9,341 nucleotides of DNA from Promethearchaeota archaeon (GTDB lineage Archaea; Asgardarchaeota; Odinarchaeia; Odinarchaeales; JBHLKK01). The notes under the pieces are model-generated. The model was not told the origin of the DNA and searched no databases. It was given only the letters and a program-made list of their open reading frames with translations. The stretch is from the NCBI GenBank assembly GCA_048939465.1, contig JBHLPL010000076.1:1-9341 (forward strand). The letters are read 5' to 3'. Shown one piece after another: positions 1 through 7,051 of this stretch. The position numbers were made by a program, and so were the translations under genes. Positions within the stretch are counted from its first letter, which is position 1; every line of letters starts with the position of its first letter.

Positions 1-1201
1 GTTTTCGGACAGAAGGCTTTTCTTTTAGCGGTTTCCTCATAATGAACAAGTACTTAAACCCTCGCAGATAGAAATTAAATCTTCTCGCCCGACCGTACCA
101 TAAACCAGTATGGGAAGTCTGCCCCCTTCTGGTTACGCAAACTGTATCTACGGTCTCGAAATATCTACACAGTCTTCTGTATACCTCGAAACCAACTGGT
201 GTGAATCTTTTCTTGACCCATTGATCGCCTATCAGCCATCCTAATACCTTTCCTCTCTTTAAGATTCTGTGGCACTCTTTCATTACTTTCTCAAGTTCAT
301 CATAAAACTCCTTTTTCTCACTTGAAATCTTACCAATACAATCCTGATGTTCATTATACCTAATATTGTCTCCATATGGTGAATCCACAAAAATCATGTC
401 GGCACTCTCGTCGTCAAGCGGAATACTCCTGGCGTCGTTTTGTCTAATATCGGGCCGGACAGGAGCTATATCATATCCAATAACTTTTCTCTTTTCTTCT
501 TTACAAACATCTATCGTCGTGCCGCTTCCACACATGGGGTCTACAACTAGGTCTCCAGGATCAGTATACCTCCAAATCAGGTTGTAGATTATTAAGGCAG
601 GCGTTACTCCCGGATACTTGTTATCCCCCTTGGGCGTGATACCGTAACTTTGCTTTGGAAAATCCCAAAGGTTTGTGGCCTCAATGAGAGGAATCTCTTC
701 TTCGATGTCTACTTCTTTAATCTTTTTTCTGATCTTCTTTTTCAGTTCGGAAAGTTGGCGAATGGATTCCTTGTCTTGCGCTTTTTGTGCTGTATTTAAT
801 AATGTAGAAGCAGGTATGAAGAGATCCAGAAAACTGTCCAATTTCCTGCCAAACAACGGATTGCTTCTCTTTATTCTAAATCTAGTTAGGATTCTCTTTG
901 CATCATTTAGCCTTATTTTCTCCCCAAGAACTTCAACCTTCACTTGATATGGGTATTTTCCATTCCATGCGTCAGGTTGAACATTTAGATCTCCATTTGA
1001 AACAGCTTTGAAAACCCCATATAAGGAGTCTGTGTCCAGATTGTTTAGAAAAAGAAGATCTCCTCTCCTTATTCTAATAACAATTGGACCATAGGCTCTT
1101 CCGGTCCCAAATAATGACCTTCCGAGGCACTCATCTTCAGTTTTTGTAGTGCAGGCAAAAATGAAGCCACGAATTAGTTGCTCCTTTTGTATCTCTTTCA
1201 T
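1..1201 (-). CDS. DCD (EVE/PUA-like) domain fused to a SAM-dependent amino-methyltransferase (N4/N6 DNA MTase-like); 3' end truncated by the window edge (at least 400 aa)
   Basis: Manual translation: ATG at 1201 with GGGAG 8 nt upstream, open to base 1. The N-terminus MKEIQKEQLIRGFIFACTTKTEDECLGRSLFG...IRRGDLLFLNNLDTDSLYGVFKAVSNGDLNVQPDAWNGKYPYQVKV matches the DCD pattern (GFIFxC, TxxEC, LFG, LFL, GVFxA, NIxPxA, F/YPxQV). It is followed by a basic linker, then LWDFP...YPGVTP...LIWRYTDPGDLVVDPMCGSGTT (motifs X-I, D221), MIFVDSPYG (motif IV, D273, 374-385) and KYLFIMRK near the edge. It is absent from the ORF track because there is no stop in the window. Confidence 0.9.
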   Translation of the reverse strand, partial: MKEIQKEQLIRGFIFACTTKTEDECLGRSLFGTGRAYGPIVIRIRRGDLLFLNNLDTDSLYGVFKAVSNGDLNVQPDAWNGKYPYQVKVEVLGEKIRLNDAKRILTRFRIKRSNPLFGRKLDSFLDLFIPASTLLNTAQKAQDKESIRQLSELKKKIRKKIKEVDIEEEIPLIEATNLWDFPKQSYGITPKGDNKYPGVTPALIIYNLIWRYTDPGDLVVDPMCGSGTTIDVCKEEKRKVIGYDIAPVRPDIRQNDARSIPLDDESADMIFVDSPYGDNIRYNEHQDCIGKISSEKKEFYDELEKVMKECHRILKRGKVLGWLIGDQWVKKRFTPVGFEVYRRLCRYFETVDTVCVTRRGQTSHTGLWYGRARRFNFYLRGFKYLFIMRKPLKEKPSVRK

Positions 1202-1416
1202 TGAGTGTTCTCCCGTTAGAATATTTCTGAGCTCATTCTAATGTTCCTTGGATGGATATATTACCATACCATATTTCTTTTATAAGCATGATGAGGAGTA
1301 GCTATTGCGGTATGAAATCATTCGAATAGGTAGTTGTTTTTTTCTTTTGCTGCTTGTCTCCTTGCCTTTTTATATTTGCTTTAAGAGAATATAATGAGAA
1401 GGTCTAGTGTGGGAAT

Positions 1417-1665
1417 TTGATGAGGGTTTTTGAATTTATTCCAGGGAATTTGCTAGGGTGTGATATTAAGATAGAGCAAATAATGAATTCTGACGAATTC
1501 AAGTGTGGTGGCTGCAATTGGAAGACTGGCCGGTTTTTTGTGGCTGCTGAGTCTGAGGAAGAAGCCATAGACCTACTAAAACGCGGCGATGCAGGTATGT
1601 GTGCTGAGTGTTTTGCCAAAATGCTAACTGAAGAGAAATGGGAACTCTTCGAACCAGAAATATGA
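1417..1665 (+). CDS. Small putative zinc-binding protein (CxxC-x29-CxxC), 81-82 aa
   Basis: ORF contains FKCGGCNW and GMCAECFA with a helical EEEAIDLL segment between them. It sits alone in the gap between two minus-strand genes. ATG at 1420 follows TTG at 1417. Confidence 0.7.
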   Translation: MMRVFEFIPGNLLGCDIKIEQIMNSDEFKCGGCNWKTGRFFVAAESEEEAIDLLKRGDAGMCAECFAKMLTEEKWELFEPEI

Positions 1666-1789
1666 GAGGAGACCTGAAAGCATCTGCTGAGATAATATGT
1701 TCAATAATATTCAGTGAATTTGAAAACAAATGAAGTTTGAGTCGTTTCTGAGTTACTATGTCATGAGTTCTTTTTTCAATGTCGGCTGT

Positions 1790-3373
1790 TTAATCTATGA
1801 ATTCTCTTTTTGTCTCACAGGGCTTGACATCTATCAAAACCGGGTGTTTGAACTGAGGGGATATTGCCAAAGCCTGCCCCACACTGAGAGCTGGAACTGC
1901 CGACCATATTTCTTCAATGACCCCACCAGTGGTATCCTTTATTGCATTGATATTTCCCCGACTCTTGATTGAGTGAACAATCCTCGTGTTGCATAACTCA
2001 AATATCTCCTGTGGTAGATGAGAAGGTTGTTGAGAAATAAACCCCAAGCATAGCCACCTTTTTCTGCCTCGTCTAGCAATTATCTTTAACATATCTATGG
2101 TAGAAGTCATCTTGTCTCTGGCTTCTCTGCTAATGAAAGTATGCGCTTCTTCGATTAACAGGAGAGTTTTTGGAGTTTTATCTGGAGCTTCCAATTTTCT
2201 CAGGAATATCTTTCTCAAAATAGATGCTATTACTACATTTTTGACATAATCACTGCTACTGCTTACATCGATAACACTGACCTTTCCTGGTTCTAACAGT
2301 TCATTTACGTCTATCTCACCCACATCCCTGTCGAATATCCCCAGTCTTTCAAGTTGTTTTATCTTGCCTACCAGCGCATAACCTGTTGCCTTCACAATCT
2401 TTCTATCATTTATCATTGAAAACAGTGTCTTCGTTGCTTCCCCAATTGTGTAGTCGTGCTCTTCAAAACTCGTTCCTTCTATGAATTGAACGGCCTTGCT
2501 CTTCTTCTTCGCAGTCTTCTTCTTCTTTTCTAATTCGTCCACCAGATTACTTAAACCCCTTTGCTGAGGCTCTGTAGCTTGTACTAGTTCAAAAAGAACA
2601 TAGAGATCGACACTGCTGAACTTTATGTCAAATTTCCTGGCACCTCTTCTCTTTTTGCCGTCTACCAATGGAACATCGCCACAGCACGGATAGTATACTG
2701 AAAAATCGGATAAACCATTAGGTCTCCTCTTGTATTTCTTTAGTTTTTCTATCAGCTCCTTAGTCGGATTATCCATCCCGACATATTCGCCTTCAACATC
2801 CACAACTATGACGGCATACTCTGCTTTACTTGCCTCCTCGATAATCACTTGCGCTGTGTTGGTCTTCCCTGATCCTACAGTTCCGAAAATTCCTATGTTT
2901 CTGGGTAGTACTTTCTTGTTTTGACTGTTAAGATAGATGTCTGCCTGGTCATAACCCACTATTTTTCCCATATATAGATCTCCTTCGACGCCTATCAATT
3001 CGCTGACTTCTTTTTGCTCCAACTCTGCAACTTTAGACTTTGGTGTTGGTCTAGTATTTGTTGCAACTAGCCTATTATCGACGAGTTCTCCAAAAATCTC
3101 TATACGACCCAGTGCGTAGTAATTAGGCGTTACAGGGAACTGATCGCCTTTAATTATAGTGGTCTGGGCCACTGCAGAATCTCTTCCAACCTCTTCAGGA
3201 ATATAGAACGGCCCTTCCACAACCCGTCCAATGAATGTTTTTCCATCACCTTCGATCTTTACGTATCTATTACGTAACACGGCCGAGATTTTGTCTCGGT
3301 CGACTAGAAATTCAGAGATATTATTAGGTAAACCAGATCTATCAAAATGGATGTGCCCGATCATAATCCTCAC
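1790..3373 (-). CDS. herA: HerA-family (FtsK/HerA superfamily) ATPase / DNA translocase with an N-terminal HAS-barrel-like region
   Basis: Walker A GTVGSGKT, VIVVDVEGEY strand, Walker B LLLIEEAHTF, arginine-finger region IARRGRKRW, and FISQQPSHL motif. Beta-rich N-terminal ~120 aa. GTG at 3373 overlaps the upstream TGA (GTGA); an alternative ATG at 3364 follows GGTGAGG. Confidence 0.93.
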   Translation of the reverse strand: MRIMIGHIHFDRSGLPNNISEFLVDRDKISAVLRNRYVKIEGDGKTFIGRVVEGPFYIPEEVGRDSAVAQTTIIKGDQFPVTPNYYALGRIEIFGELVDNRLVATNTRPTPKSKVAELEQKEVSELIGVEGDLYMGKIVGYDQADIYLNSQNKKVLPRNIGIFGTVGSGKTNTAQVIIEEASKAEYAVIVVDVEGEYVGMDNPTKELIEKLKKYKRRPNGLSDFSVYYPCCGDVPLVDGKKRRGARKFDIKFSSVDLYVLFELVQATEPQQRGLSNLVDELEKKKKTAKKKSKAVQFIEGTSFEEHDYTIGEATKTLFSMINDRKIVKATGYALVGKIKQLERLGIFDRDVGEIDVNELLEPGKVSVIDVSSSSDYVKNVVIASILRKIFLRKLEAPDKTPKTLLLIEEAHTFISREARDKMTSTIDMLKIIARRGRKRWLCLGFISQQPSHLPQEIFELCNTRIVHSIKSRGNINAIKDTTGGVIEEIWSAVPALSVGQALAISPQFKHPVLIDVKPCETKREFID

Positions 3374-4437
3374 CTTCTTCTCGTACGTGTTTCTTCAATT
3401 TCGCTTCCAAGGACTGAGGGATGTACTTTCGCCATCTTGAACTCAATCTTTCTTCTAAAATCACCAGCAGCCAGAAGCTTGGAGCAGATTGCGTCAGCAT
3501 AATCTATTAACATCGGGAAACCCCGTAGAGATTGGTAGCTAGAGTCTTGAATTATGAGGGCTGCAGCCTTATCAAAAACATCTTTGTGAGCCTCGAATAC
3601 GTAGGGCTTATCCCCCACCTTGTATAGGCCAATCTTAATCTTGGATACCGATTTATCCCCGAAGTCCTTCATCATTTCTTCATCTTCTTTCTTAAAATGG
3701 GCCTTCTCGAGATAGTCATCCCACTCGGCAATTAGTGAGCCGCAATCCATATATTCGAACCTATCAAGAACCTCTCCGGCATTTAGCAGATTCAGTCTTC
3801 GTGTACTTGATATTACTCCAATGACATTCGTTGCTTCGACGAGTTCCTCTGCTAATTCAAGTGAAACCTCCAACGCATCTTTGTACTTTTTGAATCTGCC
3901 TGTCCTGAGTTCGAAAGGTATTAGGGGACCATGGACAAATTTCCACTTTTCATCTCTCTGCAATACTATGTTTCTTTCCTCAAATAGCATAATGGCTCTA
4001 AGCAGTATGTTTGTCATATCATGATCCTTGAGTAGATTAGAAAAATGCTCCATAGCTGTCTTCGACTCTTCTGCGAACTTTCTTTCTGATATGAAAATAA
4101 CACGTTCTACTCTATCGTTTCTGTAAGATGTCGCTACAACACCAATTCTGCATCTGGTGCCGGTAGCCATGTTGTAGTTCGAAATAGTCCCATCCACAGC
4201 ACACACATTCGATTTGAATAACTCATTCTTGGCCCACTCTAGATCTTCTTTTGAGGGAGTCTTAATTCTTTTTTTAAAATTGGGATCTGACAATAGTTCC
4301 TTCTTCAGTTGTCTCTTTCTTTCAACAGAATCCTTGATGTCTTGTTCAATAATCTTGTCAGATTTCTCCAAGTAACCCTCGAAATTCGACCAATCTTTAG
4401 AGTATACGAGGTCTCTAAAGCTTTTGCGACTCCCCAT
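3370..4437 (-). CDS. nurA: NurA-family (RNase H-like fold) nuclease, 355 aa
   Basis: VCAVDGT (D82), MLFEER, KFVHGPLIP, IGVISST and C-terminal GFPMLIDYADAIC match the NurA layout, and the gene is directly upstream of herA. I prefer the ATG at 4437 (MGSRKSF), preceded by GGGGGGT, over the track's TTG at 4485. Confidence 0.85.
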   Translation of the reverse strand: MGSRKSFRDLVYSKDWSNFEGYLEKSDKIIEQDIKDSVERKRQLKKELLSDPNFKKRIKTPSKEDLEWAKNELFKSNVCAVDGTISNYNMATGTRCRIGVVATSYRNDRVERVIFISERKFAEESKTAMEHFSNLLKDHDMTNILLRAIMLFEERNIVLQRDEKWKFVHGPLIPFELRTGRFKKYKDALEVSLELAEELVEATNVIGVISSTRRLNLLNAGEVLDRFEYMDCGSLIAEWDDYLEKAHFKKEDEEMMKDFGDKSVSKIKIGLYKVGDKPYVFEAHKDVFDKAAALIIQDSSYQSLRGFPMLIDYADAICSKLLAAGDFRRKIEFKMAKVHPSVLGSEIEETRTRRR

Positions 4438-4483
4438 GCGACCCCCCCATAATCTAGTAGTTAATAGATATGTGAGAACAATC

Positions 4484-4499
4484 AATATAAGATTTACCG
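4484..4499 (-). promoter_or_regulatory. Putative BRE/TATA promoter for nurA-herA
   Basis: Minus strand cggtaaat-CTTATATT, about 50 nt upstream of the ATG at 4437, inside the 154-nt intergenic gap, with a G-rich SD downstream. Confidence 0.4.
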
Positions 4500-4591
4500 A
4501 CGAAAAGTATAGAATTCAATTTCAAACTTGGATGAGCCTTTTTGGAATCTTTCTTAACATTAACACCTAGGAAAACTCAAGATTGAAGGTC

Positions 4592-6358
4592 TCATATCAA
4601 TCTGTGGAAACCAATTTCAACGTTTCCGTCCTTTATTCCCCTTCTCTCAACATCACAAATGAAATCTTCACTGAAGCCCGATTTTAGATAGCTCATAAAG
4701 GTCCGACCAAGGGCACCCAGAATTGCGATGGCTCCAAGACCTGAAACATTATAGAAGCAACCCCTCATTCTCATCCTAAAACCTCTTTTTAGATCTTCGT
4801 TCACTCCTTCTGTGAAGAAATATCTGTACTTGGCCCCCCCACCGGACCAATATTCCTTTCCGGAAAAGAATCCGATTGCACTTGAGGGCCTTAACGCCAA
4901 TAGAACATCAGCGATAATCTTGTCCAATCTGTGGACCCTCCAGTGCTCTGCGATTTCATCTTCCATTTTTGCCTCGTACCTGTGTAGGGGATCAAATGCA
5001 TCTACTAGGCCGTACCATGCAGAAATTATGAAAAGCTTTAGTCTGCCTTCTCGGATTGAGCCCAAAACGTCGTTGAGGTCAAATTGCCTGTAGATGGTTC
5101 CTTTGTAGAGGTGAATTGCCGAAGTCTTAGGAGAATTAAGATCTATATCAACATCACTTCTTTCAGCAGCTATTCTATCCATCCCGTTCCTGCCCTCCAT
5201 CAATAGATTCCATGCGTATGGTAACTCCTTTTCTGTCAAACCTCTCCCTTCTTCCTCGATGCGTCCGGATGGATTTTTCGTCTTACAGCAAGGGATGAAA
5301 CAAACAACACGGGGTCCTGCAGCCCTTCCCCTGTCCCCTCCCGATACTGGAGAAATCGATTTTGCCAGCTCTCTATCCACGATCTGTTTGAATTCCGATA
5401 TCTCCTGAGATGTCAAGATTCTTGAGCTATCTACGTACTGTGAATTCCATAACCCCGATCTTCTTACCTTTTCTTTGGGTGAAAGGTGGCCAAGCCAATT
5501 GGGAGAGGGCGTGATCTGAGAGCATTTTGCCAAAGTGGCTATTAGTCTTTCCTCGAGGTTTCTCCTATCTTTGTTGGACTCAACTGTTATGCAACTAAAC
5601 GTGAACCTTTCCTTCAACACCTTGCTTACTTCTTTTTCAATCTCAGGGAACGTAGGTGCATTCTGTGTATCCCACTGTTCAAGTCTGGGATCGTTAAGAT
5701 ACTTCCTTCTGGTCAGGACCCCACCTAAACGCATGCGAAATATACTTGAGTTTTTGTTTCCTCTAAAATGATGCCGGATTCTTCTCCTGAAGTTGTCCTG
5801 TTTACTATTAGTTCCGACTCGCACAATCCTTCGGTAGATTATACCATCGATTCTACAGCGTTCCCCATTCTCAAAGAAAAAATAAATTCCATTCTCTGGA
5901 AGTCTATTCTCTGGTGTTCTAGAATCATAGACCGGGAGTTTTTCAACTGTTTTGTGAATCTCTTCACATATTCTATTGATTTCAGTTTGCGTGGTTAAAT
6001 CTCTTTTATCTTCTGGTAGTGGTTTGGCTTGAGCAATAAATCGTTCTTCTCTAGAGATCAACTTGACGGCAAGACGCAGTTTTCCGGAAATTGCTAGCCG
6101 AAATTGTGAGTCTCCGCAATCTTTCATGACATTGTAACTGAGTAGAATTCTGCCCAAAGATTTTGCATGCGCCATTCCTCCGAGTCTAAGTCCTTGTTTG
6201 GAAATCTCTACGATTCCATGCCAGCTACCTCTTTTACCATAATTCTGCAAATCAGAAACATCCAGGCTGCTGCTTAATCCCGTCTCAAATGCTTCATTAA
6301 TTAGTCTCTTGACAGAGTCTAGTCTTCCTTTCCAGTACTTGTCATATTTACTCCCCAT
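4592..6358 (-). CDS. Multidomain protein: unknown N-terminal domain + GIY-YIG-like nuclease + YaaA/DUF6884-like C-terminal domain (588 aa)
   Basis: NGIYFFFE (G157)...IVRVGT (R180), FRRRIRHH, NLEERLI and GLWNSQ fit GIY-YIG catalytic positions. From aa 351, VVCFIPCCKTK...AIHLYKG...LFIISAWYGLV...LHRYEAKM fits the YaaA/DUF328/DUF6884 pattern. ATG is preceded by GGGGAG. Confidence 0.8.
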   Translation of the reverse strand: MGSKYDKYWKGRLDSVKRLINEAFETGLSSSLDVSDLQNYGKRGSWHGIVEISKQGLRLGGMAHAKSLGRILLSYNVMKDCGDSQFRLAISGKLRLAVKLISREERFIAQAKPLPEDKRDLTTQTEINRICEEIHKTVEKLPVYDSRTPENRLPENGIYFFFENGERCRIDGIIYRRIVRVGTNSKQDNFRRRIRHHFRGNKNSSIFRMRLGGVLTRRKYLNDPRLEQWDTQNAPTFPEIEKEVSKVLKERFTFSCITVESNKDRRNLEERLIATLAKCSQITPSPNWLGHLSPKEKVRRSGLWNSQYVDSSRILTSQEISEFKQIVDRELAKSISPVSGGDRGRAAGPRVVCFIPCCKTKNPSGRIEEEGRGLTEKELPYAWNLLMEGRNGMDRIAAERSDVDIDLNSPKTSAIHLYKGTIYRQFDLNDVLGSIREGRLKLFIISAWYGLVDAFDPLHRYEAKMEDEIAEHWRVHRLDKIIADVLLALRPSSAIGFFSGKEYWSGGGAKYRYFFTEGVNEDLKRGFRMRMRGCFYNVSGLGAIAILGALGRTFMSYLKSGFSEDFICDVERRGIKDGNVEIGFHRLI

Positions 6359-6383
6359 AAGAAACTCCCCTACCTTGTTTGCT

Positions 6384-6392
6384 ATTTAATAT
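6384..6392 (-). promoter_or_regulatory. Putative TATA box for the 588-aa gene
   Basis: Minus strand ATATTAAAT, centred about 30 nt upstream of the ATG at 6358. Confidence 0.35.
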
Positions 6393-6452
6393 CCAAAGGT
6401 CGTTTTCCTCCACCCAAATAACCGTCCACACAACAATACCTGCTTTGAAGTC

Positions 6453-6490
6453 TTTTATAACACATGTGCAATAAATAACTAACAGGTGAG
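6453..6490 (+). promoter_or_regulatory. TATA box (TTTTATAA) plus Shine-Dalgarno (AGGTGAG) for the 40-aa ORF
   Basis: The box at 6453-6460 places a start site near 6483, just before the SD at 6484-6490 and the ATG at 6497. Confidence 0.5.
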
Positions 6491-6496
6491 TAACAA

Positions 6497-6619
6497 ATGT
6501 CGGGAAGAGAAGGTATCGGCACGTGGCCCACACCGGAAAAGAGGAGAAAGATCATCAAAATAATAGAAGAAGTGATTGAAAGGCTAGGACGGTTAAGGGA
6601 GTTGCTCGAAGAAAGATAG
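6497..6619 (+). CDS. Small 40-aa helical protein (below the ORF-track cutoff)
   Basis: MSGREGIGTWPTPEKRRKIIKIIEEVIERLGRLRELLEER. Strong SD AGGTGAG at 6484-6490 and TTTTATAA at 6453-6460. Amphipathic heptad-like pattern. Converges on the 6632-6976 gene. Confidence 0.6.
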   Translation: MSGREGIGTWPTPEKRRKIIKIIEEVIERLGRLRELLEER

Positions 6620-6631
6620 ACACTCTCTCCA

Positions 6632-6976
6632 CTACAAACCATTCATTCTTTTTCTTCGCACCCTTTCGCAAACATAAACTGCCGCACAAGACACAAGATA
6701 CCAGAAGACAAGGTCCACAACAAGGTTCATCGGAAAGAAACCCAGCGGTTCCCCTGGTAACAAAGCCCCCCCTGTTCCATCGATTGTCAAGAACGATAGG
6801 GGGAGTCCATGGTGTATGAGAACGGGAGAAGTAAAGAACATGTTTCTACCCCATATCCAGTACCAGATAGAAAACCAGAACAGATCATAAACACAGCTAG
6901 ATAGGAAAAGGAGAGCAAAAACCCCCATCTTTTTCTTATCTGCTCCGAAGAATCGCTTGACTACCTCTCTGCTCAT
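6632..6976 (-). CDS. Small integral membrane protein (about 2-3 hydrophobic segments), unknown function
   Basis: 114-aa ORF with a basic N-terminus, hydrophobic segments (GVFALLFLSSCVYDLFWFSIWYWIW; NLVVDLVFWYLVSCAAVYVC) and a basic tail. A TATA-like box lies about 25 nt upstream of the ATG. Confidence 0.75.
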   Translation of the reverse strand: MSREVVKRFFGADKKKMGVFALLFLSSCVYDLFWFSIWYWIWGRNMFFTSPVLIHHGLPLSFLTIDGTGGALLPGEPLGFFPMNLVVDLVFWYLVSCAAVYVCERVRRKRMNGL

Positions 6977-6996
6977 CGAATGAACTGCGTTGTAAG

Positions 6997-7006
6997 TATT
7001 TAAAAA
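6997..7006 (-). promoter_or_regulatory. Archaeal TATA box for a probably leaderless transcript of 6632-6976
   Basis: Minus strand reads gtaagac-TTTTTAAATA, centred about 25 nt upstream of the ATG at 6976. No SD is present. Confidence 0.55.
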
Positions 7007-7051
7007 GTCTTACATTGAAAGCTCCCAGATCAGTTTTCATCTAGTGTATTG

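Noticed and set aside
366-947. Plus-strand ORFs 366-587 and 675-947
   Set aside because: They are antisense shadows of the DCD-methyltransferase, which has clear family motifs on the minus strand.
1404-1729. Minus-strand ORFs 1404-1619 and 1499-1729
   Set aside because: They overlap the better-supported four-cysteine ORF on the plus strand and have no motifs or SD.
1662-1972. Chain of ATGA overlaps (1417-1665, then a 23-aa ORF at 1662-1733, then 1730-1972) suggesting a coupled mini-operon
   Set aside because: ATGA overlaps arise easily by chance in AT-rich DNA, the middle ORF is tiny, and the last one overlaps herA antisense by 183 nt.
1790-4437. Canonical archaeal DSB-repair operon
   Set aside because: There is no mre11 or rad50 on either side within the window, and the NurA motifs are atypical.
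2730-5998. Plus-strand ORFs at 2730, 3231, 3821, 4812, 5535 and 5768
   Set aside because: All lie antisense within herA, nurA or the 588-aa gene and have shadow-ORF composition.
6348-6642. Minus-strand ORFs 6348-6533 and 6382-6642
   Set aside because: They cross the divergent promoter region, and the plus-strand 40-aa ORF has much better TATA/SD support.
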